This document shows positions 1 through 7,777 of a stretch of DNA of 64,000 nt, in pieces. The notes below the pieces were generated by a model that made no database searches, was not told where the DNA came from, and was given only the letters and a program-made list of their open reading frames with translations. The position numbers and the translations under genes are program-made. Location of the stretch: positions 1-64,000 of the forward strand of contig JBBQRQ010000005.1 in assembly GCA_038214755.1 (NCBI GenBank), in the 5' to 3' direction. The stretch's first letter is position 1; each line of letters begins with the position of its first letter. The DNA is from Verrucomicrobiota bacterium (lineage in GTDB: Bacteria > Verrucomicrobiota > Verrucomicrobiia > Limisphaerales > CANJXF01).

Positions 1-375
1 TCAGGTAATGATGTTCAAATGGTCGGCGCCTATGTTTATTATTCCATCAATGTCGCTGACCCTGCCACTGACACGTTCACCTATACGTTAAGCGATGGCA
101 CTTACACGGCTACCGGCACGGTAACGGTGAACAAAGTGACGAGCAATGCGCAATCGCAGAACGTCACGGCCAGTGGAACGCAGGGGAACATGACCATTAG
201 TTTCGCGGGTATCCCAGGTTTCAACTACAATATTCAATACACAACAGATCTTGCGGCCAATCCAATAGTATGGACCACAGTAGCGACGATAACAGCGGAT
301 GCCAAAGGTCAAGGCAGTTACCAGGATAACGTGGATCACGGCGCACAAGCGTTCTATCGCACCTCTGCCCCTTGA
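1..375 (+). CDS. C-terminal end of a large secreted protein (cadherin/Ig-like repeat plus ~60-aa C-terminal beta domain); 5' end outside window
   Basis: Open frame from the window edge. DTFTYTLSDG..TATGTVTV is a cadherin-like/Big motif. Ends ISFAGIPGFNYNIQYTTDL..W..AFYRTSAP. Confidence 0.7.
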   Translation, partial: SGNDVQMVGAYVYYSINVADPATDTFTYTLSDGTYTATGTVTVNKVTSNAQSQNVTASGTQGNMTISFAGIPGFNYNIQYTTDLAANPIVWTTVATITADAKGQGSYQDNVDHGAQAFYRTSAP

Positions 376-409
376 GTCGGTAACAGCGAACTCTCACCCC
401 AATCAATCT

Positions 410-1129
410 ATGAACTTAAAAATCATCCTCGTTCTGGCAGTCATCGCGGCTCTCGCTCAAAACACCAATGCCACCGTGACGATCAATGGCACCGGTGTTA
501 CGCCGAGTTCGGGAAGTCAGTCGATGGGTTTGATACCGGACGGCAGCTCGAGTGGTCGCAGCACCACGATAGGGATTTCCGGGTCTGATGCTACTTCCAT
601 CACTGACGTGCAAGTGATTCTGCACGGCAGCGGCACCTTTGTGGGCGACCTTTACGCTTACCTGACGCATGACAATGGATTCGCCGTGTTGTTAAACCGG
701 GTGGGCGCGACTTCCGGGAACAACGCCGGTTATTCGGCCGGATATAGCGATCCTATTCGTTTCAGTGACGGCGCGGCCAATGATGTCCATACGTATCAAA
801 ACCAGAGCGGCACCGGAACGGCGCTAACCGGAACCTGGCAACCCGACGGACGCAACATCAGTCCTAATTCCAGTGGTTCGGCTTTTGATACAGCTCCTCG
901 CACGGCCAATTTTGCGACGTTCAACACAGGAACGGCTAATGGGAACTGGACATTATTTGTGGCGGACTTGAGCGGGGGCAGCACCCCAAACACGATTGAT
1001 AGCTGGGATCTGGAAATCATGGCCACTCCCGAACCAGTGAACGTGGCTTTGGGAATCTTCGGCGGCGTCTTCGGCGTCGTGCAAGGAGTGCGGTATTGGA
1101 AGAAGAAGAAACTGGTAGCGGCGGCTTGA
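410..1129 (+). CDS. PEP-CTERM-like sorted surface protein with proprotein-convertase P-like domain
   Basis: ATG at 410 starts a signal peptide (MNLKIILVLAVIAALAQ). ITDVQVILH..VGDLYAYLTH..NGNWTLFVAD..IDSWDL is P-domain-like. C-terminus TPEP + hydrophobic helix + KKKK. Confidence 0.75.
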   Translation: MNLKIILVLAVIAALAQNTNATVTINGTGVTPSSGSQSMGLIPDGSSSGRSTTIGISGSDATSITDVQVILHGSGTFVGDLYAYLTHDNGFAVLLNRVGATSGNNAGYSAGYSDPIRFSDGAANDVHTYQNQSGTGTALTGTWQPDGRNISPNSSGSAFDTAPRTANFATFNTGTANGNWTLFVADLSGGSTPNTIDSWDLEIMATPEPVNVALGIFGGVFGVVQGVRYWKKKKLVAAA

Positions 1130-1160
1130 TTTACGATTTCCCGATTTACGATTTACGATT
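1128..1160. repeat. Tandem GATTTAC heptamer array
   Basis: gatttac gatttcc cgatttac gatttac gattt begins at the stop codon. The reverse complement (GTAAATC)x4 occurs at ~25550-25578. Confidence 0.8.
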
Positions 1161-1256
1161 TGTAGCGGCGCGTCTATGACCGCCGCTAATTTTTTTGAAT
1201 TCCTATTTCACCGGCGCTCACAAACTGACTAACGTCCAAGAGACGTCGATAGCTAT

Positions 1257-1735
1257 CCCCTCTCCACGGGGGAGAGGGTGAGGGTGAGGGCGAGCAACCT
1301 TCTGCCTGAACTGTAAAAAAATTCTTGACCGGACCTATTTCAGTTGAAAGGAAACGCCCGCCTTCACCCCAGCCCTCTCCCCCGAGGAGAGGGAGAATCG
1401 TTTTCCCCTTTTTGGTCATGAGGACGCGCTGGGTTCCCATCTGCTTTTCTTATACGAATAAACAAAGGCGGGAATCGGACAACAAACTCAAGAACATTCG
1501 AGGGATGTTATGACTATTCCCTCTCTCCGGGGGAGAGGGTAAGGGTGAGGGCGAGCGTAAATTTTCCCAATCTCGCTTTGAAGTCAGCCGAAAATATTCA
1601 GGGAAGAGAAACGCGGGTGAGGGCGAGCCTCGCGCCGATCACTGGCGCTGGCATTACGAGACCTACCCATCAAACGCTCAAGGGGCGATTGGATTTGGAG
1701 AACTGGCGCGGGCAGTGGGGCCGGGTGAGGGCGAA
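1257..1735. repeat. Cluster of CCCTCTCC..GGAGAGGG..GGGTGAGGG REP-like palindromes
   Basis: Copies at ~1257-1293, ~1357-1396 (inverted) and ~1517-1556, with partial copies at ~1600-1627 and ~1720-1735. Same family at 14987-15290. Confidence 0.85.
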
Positions 1736-1759
1736 CCTTGAGTGTTTCCACGCAGCGCT

Positions 1760-1790
1760 TTGACAAGAGAAAAAGTTTAACCTATAGACT
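1760..1790 (+). promoter_or_regulatory. Possible sigma70 promoter for the VOC-BNR-MoaD operon
   Basis: TTGACA at 1760-1765, then TATAGA at 17-bp spacing (or TAGACT at 19 bp). Confidence 0.35.
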
Positions 1791-1902
1791 TTCTCAAAAT
1801 AAATTTCCGAAAAGGTGGGGCAGACCTGCGAGTTGGCACACGAGACCCACAGGTCGTCGTCCACCTTTTGGAATTTATTTTGAGAAACTCCTTAAAAAAT
1901 TT

Positions 1903-2424
1903 ATGCAAAAAATTACTCCGTTCCTGTGGTTCAACCATCAAGCCGAAGAAGCGGTTAAGTTTTACACTGCCATTTTTAAAAATTCAAAAATTGGACGCAT
2001 CGCCCGTTACAGCGAATCAGCAGAAAAAGTTACCCGCAAACCGGCCGGTTCCGTGATGACCATCGCCTTCCAGCTTGAGGGTCAGGATTTCCTGGCGTTG
2101 AATGGTGGGACGGAATTCAAATTCAACGAATCCATTTCGTTCGTGGTGAATTGCCAGACGCAACGCGAAGTGGACCGGTATTGGGAGAAGCTTTCTCGCG
2201 GCGGAAAAAAAGTGCAATGCGGCTGGCTCAAAGACAGATACGGCGTCTCCTGGCAAATCGTCCCCACGATCTTGAGCGAACTGGTCGCCGACAAAGACGC
2301 CGCGAAATCCGACCGCGTCATGCAAGCCATGCTCAAAATGGTCAAACTCGACATCAAGAAACTAGAACAGGCATATAACGGCAGCGGCAAGCTCCGCTCA
2401 GCGACTCAACACAAATCAAAATAA
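1903..2424 (+). CDS. VOC family protein (PhnB/3-demethylubiquinone-9 3-methyltransferase-like)
   Basis: MQKITPFLWF..AEEAVKFY..FLALNGG..FNESISF..QCGWLKDRYGVSWQIVP signature. True ATG at 1903 inside the 1738 ORF. Confidence 0.9.
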   Translation: MQKITPFLWFNHQAEEAVKFYTAIFKNSKIGRIARYSESAEKVTRKPAGSVMTIAFQLEGQDFLALNGGTEFKFNESISFVVNCQTQREVDRYWEKLSRGGKKVQCGWLKDRYGVSWQIVPTILSELVADKDAAKSDRVMQAMLKMVKLDIKKLEQAYNGSGKLRSATQHKSK

Positions 2425-2433
2425 AAAAATTGT

Positions 2434-3600
2434 ATGAGCAAAATCCGCGTATTGGTCGGCACGAAAAAGGGCGCGTTCATCCTGACTTCGGATGGCGCGA
2501 GAAAAAATTGGGAAGTGAGCGGGCCGCATTTCGCCGGTTGGGAGTTGTATCATTTGAAAGGTTCACCGGTAGATCCGAATCGCATTTACGCGTCGCAAAC
2601 GAGCGGGTGGTTTGGGCAAATCATTCAGCGATCCGATGACGGCGGAAAAACTTGGAATACGCCCGGCAGCAATCCCGCGGAATTGGTTGGCCCGGAAGGA
2701 ATGCCGCGCGCCGAGAGTAACAAGTTCGTGTATGACGGCGAAGTCGGCACGCATAAATTCTATGACGGCACGCAACATCCGTGGGAATTCAAACGCATCT
2801 GGCATCTTGAACCTTCATTGACCGAGGCCGATACCGTTTTTGCCGGGGCCGAGGACGCCGCGCTTTTCAAGTCCGTGGACGGCGGAAAAAATTGGAAAGA
2901 ACTTCCCGCGTTGCGTCGCGCCAAAGGACAACTCTGGCAGCCGGGCGCGGGCGGAATGTGTTTGCACACGATTCTCCTCGATCCGAAAAATCCTGAGCGA
3001 ATTTTTATCGCGATCTCGGCGGCGGGCGCGTTTCGCACGGATGACGGCGGCAAAACCTGGAAGCCGATCAATCGCGGATTGAAATCGCCTTATGAACTTC
3101 CCGATCCCGACGCGGAAGTGGGGCACTGCGTTCATCGCATCGCGATGCATCCGTCGCGTCCCGAAACGTTGTTCATGCAAAAACATTGGGACGTGATGCG
3201 CAGCGACGACGCGGGCGATTCGTGGCGCGAAGTCAGCGGAAATTTGCCGAGCGATTTTGGTTTTCCGATTGAGATTCACGCGCACGAGCCGGAGACGATT
3301 TACGTCGTGCCGATCAAAAGTGATTCGGAACATTTTCCGCCGGAGGGAAAACTGCGCGTGTATCGCAGTCGCACCGGCGGCAACGAATGGGAAGCGCTCA
3401 CGCAAGGTCTGCCGCAAAAAGATTGTTACGTGAACGTGCTGCGCGATGCGATGGCGGTGGACTCACTCGACTCTTGTGGAATTTATTTTGGCACGACGGG
3501 CGGACAGGTTTATTGCTCGGCGGACAGCGGGGATTCGTGGGATGCGATGGTGCATGATCTGCCAGCGGTGTTGTCAGTTGAGGTGCAGACATTGCGATGA
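2434..3600 (+). CDS. BNR/Asp-box beta-propeller protein (exo-alpha-sialidase-like, function unknown)
   Basis: Repeated Asp-boxes [41 protein letters not shown]-terminus [10 protein letters not shown]. Confidence 0.85.
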   Translation: MSKIRVLVGTKKGAFILTSDGARKNWEVSGPHFAGWELYHLKGSPVDPNRIYASQTSGWFGQIIQRSDDGGKTWNTPGSNPAELVGPEGMPRAESNKFVYDGEVGTHKFYDGTQHPWEFKRIWHLEPSLTEADTVFAGAEDAALFKSVDGGKNWKELPALRRAKGQLWQPGAGGMCLHTILLDPKNPERIFIAISAAGAFRTDDGGKTWKPINRGLKSPYELPDPDAEVGHCVHRIAMHPSRPETLFMQKHWDVMRSDDAGDSWREVSGNLPSDFGFPIEIHAHEPETIYVVPIKSDSEHFPPEGKLRVYRSRTGGNEWEALTQGLPQKDCYVNVLRDAMAVDSLDSCGIYFGTTGGQVYCSADSGDSWDAMVHDLPAVLSVEVQTLR

Positions 3601-3604
3601 GAAT

Positions 3605-3745
3605 TAAATCCGAAATCCGAATGTCGAAATCCGAAAGAAATCCGAAGATCGAATTCCGAAGGAACATTTCTTGCCAGCGAAGCGACGTTTCGGATTTCGG
3701 ATTTCGGGCTTCTTTCGGTCTTCGGCAATTCGGATTTCGGCCTTC
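3605..3745. repeat. AAATCCG / CGGATTT tandem-heptamer hairpin
   Basis: aaatccgaaatccgaa..aaatccgaaagaaatccgaa arm followed by a tttcggatttcggatttcgg arm. Same family at 27968-28178 and 62490-62670. Confidence 0.85.
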
Positions 3746-3748
3746 GTT

Positions 3749-4045
3749 ATGATTCGCGTCGTGCTCCCATTTCATTTGCGCTCCCTCGCTCGCGTTGAAG
3801 GCGAAGTCCAAGTTGACGCGGCAAATCCCGCGACACTTGGCTCAGTGTTCGACGCGCTCGAATCGCGTTATCCCGTTTTGCGCGGAACGATGCGCGATCA
3901 CGAGACGTTGAAGCGCCGTCCGTTCATTCGTTTTTTTGCGTGCAAAGAAGATTGGTCGAACGAATCTCCCGAAACCAAATTGCCCGAAGCCGTCATCAAT
4001 GGAACCGAACCATTTCTAATTGTGGGCGCGATGGCGGGCGGGTGA
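3749..4045 (+). CDS. MoaD/ThiS-family ubiquitin-like protein
   Basis: MIRVVLPFHLR..LESRYPVLRG..RRPFIRFF..AMAGG with C-terminal GG. Confidence 0.88.
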   Translation: MIRVVLPFHLRSLARVEGEVQVDAANPATLGSVFDALESRYPVLRGTMRDHETLKRRPFIRFFACKEDWSNESPETKLPEAVINGTEPFLIVGAMAGG

Positions 4046-4133
4046 AAAAAATTTCAGAATATCCTGAAGCGCAGGTTGGCGTTCGGCCTCAAGTCCAAAG
4101 TGTTTCTTAATCCCGAACTTCCGAAATCGGAAT

Positions 4134-4287
4134 GGGTGGCACAGGCGACCCGCCTGTGCCGTCCGGCCACTGGCCGGACGGATTGGGAGAACATTGGCAC
4201 TGGACACGGCGCACGGAAAAGTTCGTCTTCTTCCGTGTTCCGAGCGGCGGGTCGCCGCTCGGCACAGGCCAGTGGCCCGTGCTACCG
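4134..4287. repeat. REP-like inverted pair between convergent genes
   Basis: gggtggcacaggcgacccgcctgtgccg.. pairs with ..cggcacaggccagtggcccgtgctacc. Confidence 0.7.
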
Positions 4288-4301
4288 ACCACAAGCGGTT
4301 G

Positions 4302-5663
4302 TCAATGATCCGCAACGATTTTAGCGACGAATGCGCCATCCACCGCATCGGAAAATGGATTCAGTTCGCGTTCGGTTTCCAAGCGAAAATTTTTCTGCTC
4401 GTCCAAAAACTGTTGCACGACTTCCTGATTTTCTTCCGGTTCCAAGCTACACGTGCTGTAAATCAAAGTTCCGCCCGGCTTCAATCGCGGCGCGGCGCGG
4501 CGGAGAAGTTCAAGTTGGGTTTCACGCAGCCGTTCGATTTCTCCCGGTTGGACTCGCCAGCGCAACTCGACCCGGCGTCGCATCACGCCGGTGTTGGAAC
4601 AGGGCGCGTCGATTAAAATCCGGTCAAAGCGCAGCGATGGTTTTTCAATGATTTGATTGGGCGCGAGCGAAACTTCGGCGCACGTCACGCCGAGGCGCTG
4701 GCAATTTTCGCGCACCAATTCGAGGCGCTCGGAATCAGAATCCTGCGCGAAAATTTTACCGCGATTCTCCATTCGTTGCGCAATGAACGTGGTTTTGCCT
4801 CCGGGCGCAGAGCACAAATCGAGAATTGTCTCGCGCGGCTGCGGATTCAATTCGCGCACCGCCAAAAGCGTGCTCGGGTCTTGCACGTAAAAAAATCCTT
4901 TTTGAAAACTTTTCATCTTTGCGAGCGGCGGATGTGATTCCAGTTCAAAAACCAAATTGTCTGCCGTCCAATCGAATTTATGTGGAACGAATTTTACGCC
5001 CTCGATTTCCCAAAGTTGTTTGAGCGAACCCCAGTTCGTTTTCAAGGTGTTGAGGCGCGCAAAAATTTTTGGCGACGTGTTGTTCCACTCCATCAGCGCG
5101 GCGTTTTTTTCCGCGCCCCAGCGCGAGCGCCAGCGTTCGTAAAGCCAATGCGGATGCGAATAGCCAATGGCCGGATCGCTGATCTTAATTTGTTCGAGCA
5201 GCTTTTCGGTTTCAGTTCGTTCACGAGTGTAAGTGCGCAAAACCGCGTTGAGAAAACCGGCTTGCGAAGTGAATCCCATTTTCTTGGCGATCTCGACGGT
5301 TTCGTGCACAGCGGCGTGATTCGGAATTCGATCCAGCCAAAACATTTGGTAAAGTCCGAGCCGCAACAAAATTTCCAAATCGGGTTTTTGTTCGCGACCC
5401 TCGGTTTTGCGCGCGATGAGCCAATCCAGCGTTTCCTGCCAGCGGCAAATTCCGTAAACGAGTTCCTGGCAGAGCGCGCGGTCGATGGGAGAGAGTCGCG
5501 CGGCCGACAGACTGGAAGTCTGCTCCACTATCCTGGTTGGCAGACTGGAAGTCTGCCCCACTATTCCGAGTTCGCGCTCGAAGATATTTTCGACAAAATC
5601 TGATTCGTCTTCGCGCCGTTGCAGCACGCGCACGGCAATTTCTCTTGGTTTTTGAACAGCCAC
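4302..5663 (-). CDS. rsmB: 16S rRNA (cytosine967-C5) methyltransferase RsmB/Sun
   Basis: NusB-like N-terminus (LRLGLYQM..AAVHETVE..GFLNAVLR), then FYVQD, LDLCSAPGGKT, ILIDAPCSNTG and YSTCS. Confidence 0.95.
   Translation of the reverse strand: MAVQKPREIAVRVLQRREDESDFVENIFERELGIVGQTSSLPTRIVEQTSSLSAARLSPIDRALCQELVYGICRWQETLDWLIARKTEGREQKPDLEILLRLGLYQMFWLDRIPNHAAVHETVEIAKKMGFTSQAGFLNAVLRTYTRERTETEKLLEQIKISDPAIGYSHPHWLYERWRSRWGAEKNAALMEWNNTSPKIFARLNTLKTNWGSLKQLWEIEGVKFVPHKFDWTADNLVFELESHPPLAKMKSFQKGFFYVQDPSTLLAVRELNPQPRETILDLCSAPGGKTTFIAQRMENRGKIFAQDSDSERLELVRENCQRLGVTCAEVSLAPNQIIEKPSLRFDRILIDAPCSNTGVMRRRVELRWRVQPGEIERLRETQLELLRRAAPRLKPGGTLIYSTCSLEPEENQEVVQQFLDEQKNFRLETERELNPFSDAVDGAFVAKIVADH
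5506..5564. repeat. Two tandem REP-like palindromes in frame inside rsmB
   Basis: cagactggaagtctg(ct/cc)ccacta occurs twice; translates as IVGQTSSLPTRIVEQTSSLS. Confidence 0.85.
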
Positions 5664-5712
5664 TAACTAATAATCACATCCGCGATTCTGGACGCGAGAA
5701 TTTGTTTATTTT

Positions 5713-7533
5713 ATGAAAGAAGAGTTCGACAAAATGGTGGCCGCCGGAAAATTGACCAAGCAGCAGGTCGAGCCGCTGGTCACTTTGACGGAGAGCCGCT
5801 ACTGCATGCATCGCAGTTGGGGCTTCGGGAAGATTACGACGGTGGATACGGTTTTCGGCCGGTTCGTCATCGATTTTCCCTCGAAGAAAGGTCATCCCAT
5901 GGATCTCGCCTTCGCGGCCGATTCGCTCAAACCCATTCCCAGCGATCACATTCTCGCGCGCAAATTGTCTGACCTGAAATCGCTTCAACAAATGGCGGCG
6001 CTGCATCATCTCGACTTGATCAAACTTGTTCTGCAAAGTTTCAATGGCCGGGCCACGGTCGATCAAATCCAACAAGTTCTGGTCCCGGACGTGATTACTT
6101 CCGACTGGAAAAAATGGTGGGAAGCCGCCAAGCGCGAGTTGAAAAAAGACGGTCATTTTCAATTGCCGCAAAAAAAATCCGAGCCGGTCCTTTATCAGTC
6201 GAAAGAAACTTCGTTGCAGGAACGTTTGATGGGCGAGTTCCGCGCGGCCAAAGGCTTGAAGGCACGATTAAATGTTGCGCACGAATTGCTCAACAATATT
6301 TCCGATCTTACGGACAAGAAGGCGGCGGGCGAAGAGGCGATTGCGACGTTGAACACGGAAATTGCCACCCATCAACGAACTCAACCAGCGGTGGCGCTGG
6401 AAGGAATTTTTGCGCGTGATGAAATTCGCGAAGCCATCGGCGGCAGCGCGTCGGACAAAGAAATTTCGCCAAACTCGTTTTGGACGCAGGAAACTAAATT
6501 CGGCCAGGTGTTGGAAGCCTTACCCGCTGCGAAACATCGACGCGCGCTCGAATCTTTTCAAAAAGCAAATCCCAATCTGTGGCACGACGCGTTGTTGGCG
6601 TCGATCAACAGCGTCTCGACCAAACTGGCCGGCGAGATGGCGCACGCGCTGATCGAAGGTGGAAAATTGGAACAACTCAAAGAGACGGTGTCGCGACTGA
6701 TCAGCCAGCATCAGGCGAGCAGCGATTTGCTTTTATGGCTGGCCAAAGAGCGCTCGGATACGTTTGCGGATATTCTCGGCCCGGAAGTTTTTCGCGCGAT
6801 GCTCACTTCGATGGAGCGCGATCAATTCAACGAAAAGCGCTCGAACAAACTTCGCGATTTTATTTTGGATGACGCGACTCTACTCCTCGAATTGATTGGC
6901 TCGGCTGATCTTGAAGTGATCAAAGATTTGACCCGCGCTCTGCAACTTTCGCCGTGCTTCGATGACATGGACAAACGTTCGCTCCTCGCGCGCATCGTCA
7001 AAACTTATCCCGCCGTTCAGTCGATGATTTCCGGCGACTCGACGAAACAGGAAGCAACTTTGCAGGTCTCCTGGGACAGTTTGGAACGCCGGAAAAATGA
7101 GTATCAGGAGATGGTGCAAAAAACCATTCCAGCCAACTCAAAAGAAATTGCCATCGCGCGCAGCTACGGCGATTTGCGCGAGAACCACGAATACAAGGCG
7201 GCCAAGGAAATGCAGAAGATGTTGATGCGCCGCAAATCAGAATTGGAGACGCAACTCGTGCGCGCGCGCGGGACGGATTTCGCCAACGTGAAAACGGACG
7301 CGGTCAACATCGGGACAAAGGTCGCCGTGACCGACCTGAACACCAAGCAAAGTGAAACGTTCGAGGTTCTCGGCGCGTGGGATTCGGACCCCGAACGCGG
7401 AGTTATCAGTTATCTCACTCCGGTGGCGCAGGCGTTGCTCAATAAAAAAATCGGCGATGAAGTGGAAGTGGAATTGGACGGGGGCAAGAAAAAATTCCGC
7501 ATTGATTCAATCGCAGCGGCGAAGACTGCGTAA
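5713..7533 (+). CDS. greA: GreA/GreB-family transcription elongation factor with ~450-aa N-terminal extension
   Basis: C-terminal EIAIARSYGDLRENHEYKAAKE..ISYLTPVAQALL motif. Confidence 0.88.
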   Translation: MKEEFDKMVAAGKLTKQQVEPLVTLTESRYCMHRSWGFGKITTVDTVFGRFVIDFPSKKGHPMDLAFAADSLKPIPSDHILARKLSDLKSLQQMAALHHLDLIKLVLQSFNGRATVDQIQQVLVPDVITSDWKKWWEAAKRELKKDGHFQLPQKKSEPVLYQSKETSLQERLMGEFRAAKGLKARLNVAHELLNNISDLTDKKAAGEEAIATLNTEIATHQRTQPAVALEGIFARDEIREAIGGSASDKEISPNSFWTQETKFGQVLEALPAAKHRRALESFQKANPNLWHDALLASINSVSTKLAGEMAHALIEGGKLEQLKETVSRLISQHQASSDLLLWLAKERSDTFADILGPEVFRAMLTSMERDQFNEKRSNKLRDFILDDATLLLELIGSADLEVIKDLTRALQLSPCFDDMDKRSLLARIVKTYPAVQSMISGDSTKQEATLQVSWDSLERRKNEYQEMVQKTIPANSKEIAIARSYGDLRENHEYKAAKEMQKMLMRRKSELETQLVRARGTDFANVKTDAVNIGTKVAVTDLNTKQSETFEVLGAWDSDPERGVISYLTPVAQALLNKKIGDEVEVELDGGKKKFRIDSIAAAKTA

Positions 7534-7571
7534 TCAAACACCGGGGCACGGCGCGGCGAAGCGGCCGGCAG

Positions 7572-7665
7572 AGTAGCGGCAGCGCGTCTCGCCTGCCTTC
7601 GGGTAAAGGAAAAATTACGTTTGAAAGTTTCGCCTCGGCCAGGCAGGCGAGACGCGCTGCCCTAC
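7572..7665. repeat. GTAG-type REP inverted pair
   Basis: agtagcggcagcgcgtctcgcctgcc ... ggcaggcgagacgcgctgccctact. Related pair at 11352-11431. Confidence 0.8.
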
Positions 7666-7777
7666 TTTCCTGCTGCATTCCGCTACGAAAACTTTCACAG
7701 CAAAAAAGAATTTTTATGGATCGCAGGATGAGAGATATTCTTTTTCTCCTCGGTGCCTCTGTGGTTAACTCTCCCGC

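Noticed and set aside
1186..1864. Short ORFs such as PSPQPSPPRRG / LPLLGGEGWGEG (also 14914-15300, 27172-27667, 29877-30333, 48132-48503)
   Set aside because: They are translations of REP or MITE sequence, not independent genes.
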